Shown piece after piece: positions 24,509 to 35,673 of a DNA stretch of 64,000 bases. Every line of letters begins with the position of its first letter. The stretch's first letter is position 1. Below the pieces are notes generated by a model that had not been told where the DNA came from, did not search any database, and saw only the letters and a program-made list of their open reading frames with translations. Made by a program: the position numbers and the translations under genes. Origin of the DNA: Adineta vaga (taxonomy: Eukaryota; Animalia; Rotifera); contig CP075494.1 of the NCBI GenBank assembly GCA_021613535.1, positions 2,108,001 through 2,172,000 on the forward strand. Direction: 5' to 3'.

Positions 24509-26832
24509 TTAATATAGCTCTGCACTATCTAGATAGTAATAGCCAATTCCACCACTAACCAGTACTTTTCCGTTGTTCAATACAGATGCTGTGTGACCGT
24601 AGCGTCCATAATTCATATTCCCTGTAGTTGCCCAAGTTTCTGTTGATGGATCATATAACTCAGCACTGCTGATACCACCTGAGCCAGCATTAACTAATAC
24701 TTTCCCGTTGTTTAATATAGATGCTGTGTGTCTTTCACGCGGTTGATTCATACTACCTGCAGTAGCTACCCAACTTCCGGTTGATTGATCATACAGCTCA
24801 GCACTATTTGTGGATACAATACCATTATATCCACCACTAACTAAGACTTTTCCGTTATTTAATACAGATGCTGTATGACCAACGCGTTTACTATTCATAT
24901 TACTAGTAGTTGTCCAAATTCCTGTTGACGGGTCATATAACTCAGTATCATTTAGCGCATTTGTACCATTAGTACCACCAGTAACCAATACTTTTCCGTT
25001 ATTTAATACAGATGCTGTGTGAATATATCGTGCACTATTCATATTGCCAGTAGGTGTCCAAGTTCCTGTTAATGGATCATATAACTCGGCGCTATTTAGT
25101 GGTGTAATACCAGTATATCCACCGCTAACCAAGATTTTCCCGTCATTTAATATCGATGCAGTGTGATCATATCGTGCATCAGTCATATTACCAGTAATTA
25201 CCCAAGTTAATGTTGACGAATCATACAATTCTGCGTTACTTATTGCAGTACCACTTAATCCACCGCTAACTAATACTTTCCCGTTATTTAATACAGATGA
25301 TGTGTGCCAATATCGTGCATTATGCATGTAAAAAGTAGCTACCCAAGTTTCTGTTGATGGATCATACAACTCTGCACCTTGCGGGTCGCCACCATTAACA
25401 TTGTTAATTCCACCACTAACCAGTACTTTTCCGTTGTTCAATACAGATGCTGTGTGACCGTAGCGTGCATAAATCATACTACTAGTATTAAACCATCCTA
25501 GAAAAAAAAACATATGATTCTATTCAGCTTGTGAAGCATTCAAGGCATGTTTATGAATTTAAGAGAACAAAGTGAACAAAGGAAATCACTGTTATACATG
25601 TAAATTTGAAAGTTATTGAAAAGAAAAAGTTTTCTTCGCTTTTAGACGCACTTACTATCGTGATTTACGTTCAATCGATATGATACTATAACATTGTGTG
25701 AGTCTTCTATATTAGTGCGTATGTCAATATTTAACCCATCGATGTACTGCGACATTTTCTTCTGGCCTGAATGTAAAACGTTAAGTTTTGAATACGCACT
25801 ATCCTATCTATTATTTTTATCAATTATAGCAGATAATCATTGATTATACCAAAAAATAGGAACCTCTACTCAATTTTCTTGCACTTCTTTGATTCTCATA
25901 ATAGAAACAAGACAATATTTGCACATAATGAGAAGAGTTATGAATAGCTAAAATCGACTTACTATCACAACTTATATTTTTCTTTTCCATTTTATCATTT
26001 AAATGATTAGACATCACTTGTCTTCAGGATGGAAATCGTACCCTTAATCGATCCAATTACTTACTTTTTTCAGTCATAAGTTTCTATAAACATATGGGAA
26101 AATTGGTCTATAATTTTCTTCTATATCAAGATTTGAATACTATTATATAGAATATATGAGTCGATTGGATACATCATTTGACAGTCTGTTTAATGTATAT
26201 CAATACACTCCGAACTAAATATCAAAGTCGATCGAACGATAGGTTGCAGTAGAAAACGATAGTAATTGATACCTCAATATTAAAGCAACAAAATGAAAGA
26301 AACAAAGACGAACTCTAACGCAAATAAATTTGAACATCATCCTCCTTTGAATAAAACCTATCAATACCTTTCTGGCAGAAATTTGTCAATGACAATGGTA
26401 AACATACTGCTGATGGTGAACAACATGAGTTAACGATACATACTGATGTATTTGATGCACAAGTATATGTCATATTATTACATGATTCTAAAATTGAACA
26501 CATAATACCAGGTGCACAATAACTGCGATTGTTGAATGAATAATAGTCAAAACATGGTGTTGATGAATGATAACAACTGACGCTATCATTCGAACCTGAA
26601 TTACATTGTTTTAAAGAACAATTTGATGATGTATCGTTAGCAGTATGAATGGACGAATATAATGTAAATCTAGCATTAATCCGATTTACACTGCATGAGT
26701 AGTTAGGCACTTCTGTAGTTTGTCCTAGAAATGATTTATATCATGAAAAAAGTAAAATAAGAAGTAAGAAATATACACACCTTTAACATATAGAAAAAAG
26801 ACGCTCAAAACTAAAATTGTTTTATGTCGCAT
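24509..26832 (-). CDS. Secreted Cys-rich domain + Kelch-repeat protein; exons approx. 26832-26781, 26724-26368, 25497-24509
   Basis: Signal peptide MRHKTILVLSVFFLYVKG, Cys-rich exon, seven highly similar repeats R..HTASVLNNGKVLVSGG...AELYDP.T.TW; in-frame GT-AG joins. Confidence 0.85.
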
Positions 26833-27254
26833 AACCTCTTTGAAAAGAAATGAATGATTATTTTTTGTACTTTTATAAATCACATACATATATTCAGTTT
26901 GAGACGAAAGAACGCAAAATTATTTCTTTCAATACTTATTCATGTTATAAAAATAATGAATGAGAACATTCTCATAAGATTGACTGATTATTTCATCCGA
27001 AAAGAATTCATATGTTTACCTAGTACATATTCGTTATAAGAATTATAATGTTTCTATGATGTTTATAGCGTCAAGTTGTTTCACAATTCCGTTGTTATTT
27101 CTCATAAAATACACTCGCACTTGTATTTACTTCATTTACACTAATAAAATCGAAACATTCTTCCAATAAAAATATGGTGCGTTATTGATTAAGCGTCCCC
27201 TTTCCCACTCGCACATCTAAACTCACATCCATTCTCAAAATGATATTTCATTTT

Positions 27255-27323
27255 TGTGGGTGTGGGTGGACAAGGCTATGGTTGTGAGTATCTTGTATTC
27301 GCCGTCACTCACACCCACACTCT
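27255..27323. repeat. Telomere-like inverted-repeat element, left border of the expansin-GH5 cassette
   Basis: tgtgggtgtgggtgg...gtgagtatcttgtattc...cactcacacccacactct; an extra C-rich half lies at 27204-27238. Confidence 0.85.
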
Positions 27324-27596
27324 GCTTCTGTATCATCCATTTCAATCTCGTCGCCAATTATCACGTCTTAATTTCATGTTTAAGATATTTATTATGTAAA
27401 TAATAAATTGAAGGAAAAAATAACAACTACAATAGAAAAAGCATCTCTCTCTATATAGATATAGAAATATGAGAGGAGAATATCTTACGGATATTACGTA
27501 AGAAATTCAGAACCTACGTGAGATATTCCCTTGAACTATTCCTATGGTAGAAAGAAAAGAATGATATCTGTAGAATTGAAATAACAACTAATCTCG

Positions 27597-28700
27597 CTAT
27601 ATCACACCACGGTTGTCACGTTTACTACTGGATCTGCCACGGATGTTACGATTGCTACTGGATCTGCCACGGATGTTACGATTGCTACTGGATCTGCCAC
27701 GGATGTTACGATTGCTACTGGATCTGCCACGGATGTTACGATTGCTACTGGATCTGCCACGGATGTTACGATTGCTACTGGATCTGCCACGGATGTTACG
27801 ATTGCTACTGGATCTGCCACGGATGTTACGATTGCTACTGGATCTGCCACGGATGTTACGATTGCTACTGGATCTGCCACGGATGTTACGATTGCTACTG
27901 GATCTGCCACGGATGTTACGATTGCTACTGGATCTGCCACGGATGTTACGATTGCTACTGGATCTGCCACGGATGTTACGATTGCTACTGGATCTGCCAC
28001 GAACATTATGCTTACTAATGGATCTGCCACGGCTGTCACGATTGCTACTGGATCTGCCACGGACAGTACGGCTTCCACTAAATCGTACGTTCCCGGTTAT
28101 AATGCGAGCCTTTGTACTACCATGATCAGGCAGTGCAGAAATCGTATCAACCACTTGAACTCCACGAATATCAGTTATTCGTATGTGCAATGGTTGATTT
28201 CCAAAATCAGTGCCGACAAAGTGATTGTAGTTCATTTTTTCCAGGTTGATCCACTGACCACCTTTCGAATATTCCAGCTTCACTATCGGAAACTTGTGAT
28301 TGCGTATTTGAATTGCAGCCCAGCATTGACTGCTGCCCTCTTTAATGCGATACTTAAGATTTCTCGAGATTGGTGCTTCAATGACCTTCCATTGAATATC
28401 AATCTTACCATCTGCCATGTTGCCAATTTCACGAAAAGCATTCGGTGAAAGATCCAGTGCTCCACTGGCTCCCTCAGGATACAAATCTGTTACATAGACG
28501 ATTGTTTGTCCTTTTGGTCCTCTTACGCGTAGATAAGCACCAGCCATAGCTGCCTTGACACCCTTGAAATTATATTGAAAAGGATTCAATGCTGTAATTT
28601 TCATGTCAGCTGGGATTGGATCGAGTAAAGCTGCTCCACCAACATATCCAGAACCTGTATATGTTGCATATCCTTTAAATGTATCGTCCCAGTTACTCAT
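27597..28700 (-). CDS. Bacterial-type expansin (EXLX1/YoaJ-like) with C-terminal RGRSSS repeat tail; no signal peptide
   Basis: Colinear with Bacillus EXLX1 as I recall it: GYATYTGSGY.GGA.LLDPIP, VYVTDLYPEGA.GALDLSPNAF, YRIKEGSS..WAAIQ.RNHK, YNHFV. Possible 5'UTR intron 28725-28775. Confidence 0.93.
   Translation of the reverse strand: MSNWDDTFKGYATYTGSGYVGGAALLDPIPADMKITALNPFQYNFKGVKAAMAGAYLRVRGPKGQTIVYVTDLYPEGASGALDLSPNAFREIGNMADGKIDIQWKVIEAPISRNLKYRIKEGSSQCWAAIQIRNHKFPIVKLEYSKGGQWINLEKMNYNHFVGTDFGNQPLHIRITDIRGVQVVDTISALPDHGSTKARIITGNVRFSGSRTVRGRSSSNRDSRGRSISKHNVRGRSSSNRNIRGRSSSNRNIRGRSSSNRNIRGRSSSNRNIRGRSSSNRNIRGRSSSNRNIRGRSSSNRNIRGRSSSNRNIRGRSSSNRNIRGRSSSNRNIRGRSSSNRNIRGRSSSNRNIRGRSSSKRDNRGVI
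27605..28062 (-). repeat. Coding minisatellite, 30-bp unit encoding RGRSSSNRNI (~15 units, 12 identical at 27631-27990)
   Basis: gatctgccacggatgttacgattgctactg tandem array. Confidence 0.97.
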
Positions 28701-30677
28701 AAGACTGGCTCGTTCGAAGGACTTCTATTAAACAGTTGTGAAAAAAAAGAAAAAGATATAGTCGAATAATCATACATTGTCTGTTTTTTGTTTTTGTAGC
28801 TTAAAGTAATATTTCGTCGATCATGCATCCACATGCGTCAATGGGAAAAAAGAAGGGAGAAAAACATTCGCGCTGTTGTAATTTTGTAATATGAAATAAA
28901 ACGAATAAATATAGATGACGAAAGAAATTACTCATTGACGAGCAAGATCAATGACAGTATTCTTTTCCTATGTTTTACTTTTGTCAAAGAAACGTATAGC
29001 GAAGAAAAGTGAGCAATCTTGACTGAATGAAATACAGTGAATCATATCGCATCCATGATGTGCTTGTTAAGACCTCTCTCCTAAAAAAATGAATTTTCAT
29101 CAAAATTTTTGACATTGAGATAAACACACGAGGAGATAGCCCGTGTTTTTTTCAAAAATAGCTTTCTTATCTTATATTGGAAAGCATTTTAGAAATTTGA
29201 GCGTGAGTTTTCGAGAATTTCTTAATGAAGGAACTTGTTAACTTTTCTCTTTGCTTGTTAGATAAGAGGTTCAAAAGAGGAGCCTCATAGAACCTGCAGT
29301 TTTAGACGCTCTTTCGAACAAAAAGATATCTATATATTAGACAAAGACTCACAGAGCATTCTTGTCGACAAAATTATCAATTTTTGAACCCTTCTTTGAT
29401 ACATGTCTCCGTCAAACAACGTAGTATCGATCTAAAAATTTTACCACACTTCCCTCACTTCGGTCATTTTCTTGTGAGATGTTCGAATAATTCATCATTA
29501 TTTTCTTCGAAACTATTTGTAGTTCCAGCTGCAAAAATAGTATCAGAAAGTTGAAGCGATGGTTTTTAAATTTAACTTTGGAAACGTATCGTCTTTACGA
29601 AAAACATAAAACTTTCTTTTTACTTTTACTGCGCGAACATATCAATTTTTTATGCTAAATTATGACTGAAACTGAATCGAGCAGTGAGATTCTTTTAGTT
29701 CAGTTGTTTATATTGATTTTTGATAGATGATATTCACTTTGTTGTTCAAAAAACGAAAAACGATGAAAACTATTTGATAAACACGATCTTTTTTCGTAAT
29801 TCAGTGAGAGAAATCGTAAAAAAGCGTTTTTCTCAATAAATCATAAAAAATGAGAATAAATCAAACTTTTTTTTCTGATGAAGGTAATTTTCTGATTTAA
29901 AATCTTAAAATTTTTAAAATTTACATTTGTTATCTGTTCATCAAGGGCCATCTGACAATATATCAATAAAAATAATAAATCATTGGTTAAAACTCGAACT
30001 TTCCGTACATTAAAAGAAGAAATTCAAACATTCGTTGCAATCGTAAGAAAGATATGAGCAGGATAAAAAATCGTTAACTTCGTTATGAAGCGCTTTAAGA
30101 AAATATTGTCCATGAGAATGAGAAAACACTATTCATATGACTGAACTTGTGACAAGTAATAGGGAACTGCTGCGGACTTATGCAAGTGCTCTATACCATT
30201 TCAAAGTATATGATCTACAACGAAAAATTTATTCAAGAAAATACTTCTTTAGTTTTTAGTCAATAGATTGTATTTTGAATCAGCTATGAATATCCAATTG
30301 ATATATGTAGAAAGTGATAGAAAATAGTTCTCCTCGATTTTTATGGTACATTCATCATTGAAGTGTCTGACGGGAAAAAGTGAGAATATACTTTAAACAA
30401 AAATTGCATCCATTACTCATCAAGTCGTTGCACTAATACTATTTTTATGTCATGGAGCAACATTGAGTCATCAAACGGGAGAATAGAAAACGATTAAAAA
30501 AATACCCGTTCGTCACACAGAAAGTAATATAAATTATTATCACCGAATTACTGAAATGACGTTTTATAGGTATATAAATGTCAATGAAACGAAAATAGGA
30601 AAATCAAACATTTGTTATTTGAAAGAATCTTGCTAGTACGTTTTTTCATCTCAACTTAATACAACGACGATAAAATC

Positions 30678-31763
30678 ATGTTCGGTAGATTACGAGTGAA
30701 AGGCAATAAAATTGTTGGTGACAACAATCATCCTGTTCAACTGAAAGGAATGAGTCTTTTCTGGAGTCAATGGTCCACTCCTTTTTACAATAGAAAAACA
30801 ATATCGTATTTAGCATCGAAGGTCAAATGCACTATTATTCGTGCAGCAATGGGAGCTCAAAGTGGTCAGGATGGCTATCTAGATGGTAATTCGAATAGAG
30901 AGCAGGCCATCCATCAAGTTGTGACTGTTGTTGATGCTGCTATCCGCGAAGATATTTATGTTATTATTGATTGGCATGCACATGATGCCATTCACCATAG
31001 AAATCAAGCTCGACATTTTTTTGTATCGATGGCGAAGAAATATAAAAACACTCCAAATGTCATCTTCGAAATCTACAACGAACCTATCAATGAGCAATGG
31101 CATGAAGTGAAAACGTATGCTGAATCAGTGATTGGTGCCATTCGAGATACAGGAGCTAAGAACCTGATAGTGGTCGGAACACCTTTCTATTGTCAGCATG
31201 TTGATATTGCATCTGAAGATCCAATAATTGCTTTTCGTGATGTGGCTTATAGTTTACATTTCTATGCTGGAACACATCGTAAGAGTGAGCGTTCTAGAGC
31301 TCAAAAGGCTTTAGATAATGGTATTGCTCTGTTTGTAACTGAATGGGGTACGTGCCAGGCTGATGGAAATGGAAATCTTGACCTAAACGAAACTCAAAAA
31401 TGGTTCCGATTTATGGATGAGAACAAACTCAGTTGGTGTAATTGGTCATTGAATGATAAACCCGAAAGTGCTTCGGTACTGAAATCAGACATTAGTCACT
31501 CAAGACCTGCTGGTCCATGGGAACTAAACGAGTTAACTGAGTCGGGAAAATTTGTTTTCAATAAAATATCCAGTGGAAGTCGTAGCAGTCGTGGCAGATC
31601 CAGTAGCCAGCGTAAGAGCCGTGGCAGATCCAGCAGCAATCGTAAAAGTCGTGGCAGATCCAGTAGCAAGCATAAGAGCCGTGGTAGATCCAGTAGCAAG
31701 CATAAGAGCCGTGGTAGATCCAGTAGCAAGCATAAGAGCCGTGGCAGATCCAGTGGAATTTGA
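30678..31763 (+). CDS. GH5 (subfamily 2-like) endo-1,4-beta-glucanase with RGRSSS repeat tail; no signal peptide, intronless
   Basis: QLKGMSLFWS, YVIIDWH, acid/base FEIYNEP, YSLHFYA, nucleophile FVTEWG, SWCNWS. TATATAAA at 30571. Confidence 0.93.
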   Translation: MFGRLRVKGNKIVGDNNHPVQLKGMSLFWSQWSTPFYNRKTISYLASKVKCTIIRAAMGAQSGQDGYLDGNSNREQAIHQVVTVVDAAIREDIYVIIDWHAHDAIHHRNQARHFFVSMAKKYKNTPNVIFEIYNEPINEQWHEVKTYAESVIGAIRDTGAKNLIVVGTPFYCQHVDIASEDPIIAFRDVAYSLHFYAGTHRKSERSRAQKALDNGIALFVTEWGTCQADGNGNLDLNETQKWFRFMDENKLSWCNWSLNDKPESASVLKSDISHSRPAGPWELNELTESGKFVFNKISSGSRSSRGRSSSQRKSRGRSSSNRKSRGRSSSKHKSRGRSSSKHKSRGRSSSKHKSRGRSSGI

Positions 31764-31799
31764 AATAGCCGTGTTAAATCCAGCAGCAATCGCCAGAGC
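31590..31799 (+). repeat. Coding minisatellite, 30-bp unit encoding RGRSSSKHKS (6 units to the stop plus one decayed unit after it)
   Basis: cgtggcagatccagtagcaagcataagagc units; same core as the expansin array. Confidence 0.95.
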
Positions 31800-32233
31800 T
31801 AGGACAAATACAAGTATTGCAAGTAAAAATATTATACTTGTACTTATACTTCAGACAAATACTTTGGTATTACACTTACGTAAGAAAACGCGTTCGTTTG
31901 TTCATATAAGGTGCACCAAATTCAAAAGTCGAGCAAACCTTTTTTGCTGATATTTTTTAATATAGATGGGTATAGCTCGACGAGCTCTATAAAACTTTAT
32001 ATATGAAAAAAAAGACTGATTTTTGGGAGAAACTTTGCTGATTTTTAATTGTTTTGTTACGGAAATGATTTGGAAATAGACTCATTTGATCCATCGTGAT
32101 AAATTGTACCTACTGATACGAAATTTAACATGTTTCATGAAACACTTGTGAACAAACATTTCAATAATAGAAAACGATTCTAGTCAGAATCAACTGATGT
32201 AGACCAACACTCTATGTAGTCCAGTATGATACA

Positions 32234-32299
32234 TTAGAGTGTGAGTGTGGGTATCTTGTATTCACCCACACTCACACCCACACCCACACCCACACCCTA
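32234..32299. repeat. Telomere-like inverted-repeat element at the GH51 truncation point and right border of the expansin-GH5 cassette
   Basis: ttagagtgtgagtgtgggtatcttgtattcacccacactcacacccacacccacacccacacccta. Confidence 0.93.
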
Positions 32300-33342
32300 T
32301 CTTCGGCAAACGTCATTAATTCAATGATTCCAAAGCCTTCGGTGTTGTAGCCTATCCATGATCCTCTTCGACCGGGCCGCGATTGGAGTGGGCCAAGTGT
32401 TTCATTCCAGATGAAACGCTCTGGAATGGAAGGACCTTCGAGATCGTTACCGCCCGGAAGTCGAATAAAGCCAGGCTTGAGATCAGCAAACGCTTGTGCG
32501 ATATCCTTGCGAGCACCATTGATTCGACCGTTATACGTAGGAGGTAAGCATGAGATGAGATTGAACTCAAAATCACCTTTGGATCCTGCAGGAAACTCAA
32601 CAAAAAAGTAGTTTTTCGCAGATGGAGCAGCACTGGGAACAACGATGAGTGAAATGAAATTTACCCAGCTACCTGCGGCAACACTGGATACGTCAACAGT
32701 AGTCGAGCCGTAAGTGATTTGGCTATTTGAGTCTTTCAGTCCAATAGTTAATTTACCACCTGCTACAGAAGCCCCAGCTAATGGTTTGTAGAAGAAGCTC
32801 GAATTGTAAGTTTGAGCTTCGACCTTCATACCGTTGAAACCGAAGTTCATGAAACCTGCGACAGCAGTTGAAGTCGATGTCAGTGAGAATTTTAATTGAG
32901 CCGGTAAAGCGGTAGACAAAGGTTGATCGGTGACAAGGTTGATCGATCCCGATCCGTAGGAAGCCCATCCATCGAGCGATCGGCTTCTCTCTAGAAATCA
33001 CATTTAGGTTAAATATATATTCTGGTAGGAAGGAGGGACAGACTTACCTTGAAAAGCACGATTATAGATGAGCTCAGCATATAAACCGCCATCGTCACCC
33101 CTATTGATGTTGGTCTCGAGAATGACACCATGCATTGTAGATGGAATACTCTGACCAGTGGTAGCATCCTGGATATTGAGTGAAACAGTGTTGGCACGTA
33201 TGCTATTCGAAGATGGCCAGGCGACTGACACTGTCGCTAAAAGTACAGTAATAAAGCCGAATATCGACAGTGAATTCTAAATAAAATCCAATTTAGTTAG
33301 GTGGTTTTCGATACCAAAAACAGAAGATGTACTTGCCTTCAT
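32299..33342 (-). pseudogene. 3'-truncated secreted GH51 alpha-L-arabinofuranosidase; introns 33277-33336 (GC-AG) and 32991-33047
   Basis: Spliced product MKNSLSIFGFITVLLATVSVAWP...ETNINRGDDGGLYAELIYNRAFQ...PGFIRLPGGNDLEG...RPGRRGSW.GYNTEGFG. The frame runs straight into (GGGTGT)n and no downstream exons are visible. Confidence 0.85.
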
Positions 33343-33743
33343 GATTAAGACCTTTCAGAGACACAAACGAACGATAGTATGACGAAACGAATGAAAGAAA
33401 TGAAAACTGAGTGTGATAAGATAAGGGACAATGCTTTATATAGAGGACTGAGCCTCACAACCACTCATTCTGGATATGGCATATTTCTCTGATAACAGCA
33501 GAAAGTTAAATTTAATTTCACCTTTTCATTAAGAACTCTCGCATCAGTGGTTCTTTACGATATCTGCGCATAAGAAAAAATACCGAATGTTCGGGATGGA
33601 TTTCGCAATTGCAAAAGTCAACAAAGTATAGTTAAAAATAGGATGTTCTGAATGAGATTCGTCTAGAAGTTCGTAACAAAATCTGATAACACATTAACTG
33701 TGTTTTAAAGATCAGATCTGACTGAAGACCGGAATGAGAAAGT

Positions 33744-33806
33744 TGGGTGTGGGTGTGGGTGTGATTGTCGTTATTGTCTTCAACTACACGCACCTCCACT
33801 CACACT
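33744..33806. repeat. Telomere-like inverted-repeat element
   Basis: tgggtgtgggtgtgggtgtga ... cacgcacctccactcacact. Confidence 0.8.
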
Positions 33807-34189
33807 GTCGTTGGTTAACATTGAACAAAGCACGGTTACTTATTTACAATTCGATACCTTTTTCTACGATAATCTACAAAGCAATCAGATTTTTCTTATT
33901 ACATTCATGGATATCGAAGTCTGTTCCTTTTACATCAAATTTAACTGCTGGAAAATTTTTCAAAAAATACGATGCAATGTTTTTGCTGTCTTTCATCTAT
34001 AGTATTAGCTGTAAAGTTGAAACATTGTGAGGAGGTAGTACTAATGACCCTTAGTAATATTTGATAGTTTCATGATGATTGAATTTTGAATAAGGGATCC
34101 TCTTATTTGAAAAGAAAAATTATATAGGAAAACGATTTGAACATTATTTGTTTGTATTGTTCCTTTTCGGAAGTTAATTGAAGTGTTCT

Positions 34190-35281
34190 TTAACAAAACA
34201 TGCGCATAAAAGTCCATTCGACACAAGAATGATCATGTTTATTTAGCTCGTACTGCAGAAGTCGATAGCCACTTTTCCATAATTGCGAGAATAAAGAGAT
34301 ATGCAAAATACTGTGATATGCATCTCGGTGCCACCAATGAGATTCAAAGGATATTTGATATGGCAAGTTTTGTTTCGTATCATTTTTCAACAGATCTCTG
34401 AATGCAGAATATTCTCCACCTTCAATGTCCATTTTTAAAACATGTATTTGATTATGATTGTTTATCTTCATGATCTGATCAAAGCTCATATAAGTCATTA
34501 TAGTCAAAAGCGGGTTATCGAGATACTTGCCCGATTCTGGATAGATATAGCGCTGCATTGGTGAATTTTCACCTAGACAAATTTTATAAAAATGTAATCG
34601 ATCGTATTTTGTTTGTGGCGGAAAACTTGTACAGTCGAAAGTGTACACAGTGCATTTAGTTTGTGCCAAAATCGATTCTTCAAATCTGAAATCATTTCCA
34701 GAGCCCAAACTGTATACCGTACAAGAATCATCAGATGATAGTATTTCTAAACCACAAAGCAACTTTCCTGTATCATCTGGAAGACCGTAACGTTTCATGT
34801 GATTGTTATTATACGGACAGGCTAGCAAGTCAGCGGTTGGATAGAGAATTTTGGGAAACTCTCCTTTTGTTTCATTAGGAGAGAGAACGTATTTTTTGAT
34901 GAAATCAAAAGTTTTTGAAAATTCATCTTGCGTCCACAAGTAGTGTTTGTATTCGAAGTCTAAGACTAGCTGTTTGTTGTAACCTATTATAAACGGGTTT
35001 TTTCTACACCATTGAAGACTATTTGATATTATCGTATCACTCTGTTTGCTGAAGTTGACGTGCGAGACAATTGAATACCTTTTGTTGAAATCAACGATGT
35101 GTGTTGTATAGAAGTAAAGAATGCACAAAAATAGCATCAGCAGAAGAGAAAACTTCATATAACTTTCATTGCGTGTAAACAGGAAAGTCATTGGTACTTT
35201 AATCAAATCGAAGATTTTTTTCCTTTTCCCTTTGTCGTTTATGTTATCAGATAAACTATTATATTGAAAGTTTTCGACCAT
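34190..35281 (-). CDS. Type II membrane SAM-dependent methyltransferase (Methyltransf_22 / METTL24-like)
   Basis: N-terminal TM, then GKLLCG, VYSLGSGNDFRFEE, VYTFDCT, VLKMDIEGGEY, QISFESH. Confidence 0.85.
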   Translation of the reverse strand: MVENFQYNSLSDNINDKGKRKKIFDLIKVPMTFLFTRNESYMKFSLLLMLFLCILYFYTTHIVDFNKRYSIVSHVNFSKQSDTIISNSLQWCRKNPFIIGYNKQLVLDFEYKHYLWTQDEFSKTFDFIKKYVLSPNETKGEFPKILYPTADLLACPYNNNHMKRYGLPDDTGKLLCGLEILSSDDSCTVYSLGSGNDFRFEESILAQTKCTVYTFDCTSFPPQTKYDRLHFYKICLGENSPMQRYIYPESGKYLDNPLLTIMTYMSFDQIMKINNHNQIHVLKMDIEGGEYSAFRDLLKNDTKQNLPYQISFESHWWHRDAYHSILHISLFSQLWKSGYRLLQYELNKHDHSCVEWTFMRMFC

Positions 35282-35673
35282 TATTTCAACTGTTTATTCA
35301 CCTAAGAAGAATTGAAACATAAAATTTAAAGAACTACAACAAGGATGGGTGGGGGCAAGGATAAGAGTAAGAGTTAGGTAGAAGAAGGAATTTTCACATT
35401 CACATTTATACCTTCAAAAATCAAAACTAACTTTTGAATCAATCGTCGACGATGTCTTTGATTCCTTTACGACGAAGGACGCAAGCAATGTCAAAGTATT
35501 TGTAGTGTCTTTCTTATTCTTTCTTTTTTCTTCCATTCATTTTATTCAGCATTTTTTCAGTTGCAAAATTCGATGGCAACGTTTCTTTTTATTTGTTGTC
35601 ATAACTTCGCTCTTTAACGTACAGCAATGTCACGCATGTTGCAGATTAGGAGTGCTGAAAATTCATCTCCTGT

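Noticed and set aside
27631-27990. Possible CRISPR array
   Set aside because: Perfect tandem 30-mers with no unique spacers, inside a coding frame, in a eukaryotic context, with no cas genes.
27602-28125. Alternative-frame ORFs (VADPVAIVTS)n and antisense (LLLDLPRMLR)n, and equivalents at 31496-31950
   Set aside because: By-products of a stop-free 30-bp repeat. Only the RGRSSS frame is continuous with the expansin and GH5 domains.
29060-30000. Possible transposon remnant between the expansin and GH5 genes
   Set aside because: It looks repeat-like, but I could not identify matching termini, a TSD or coding remnants.
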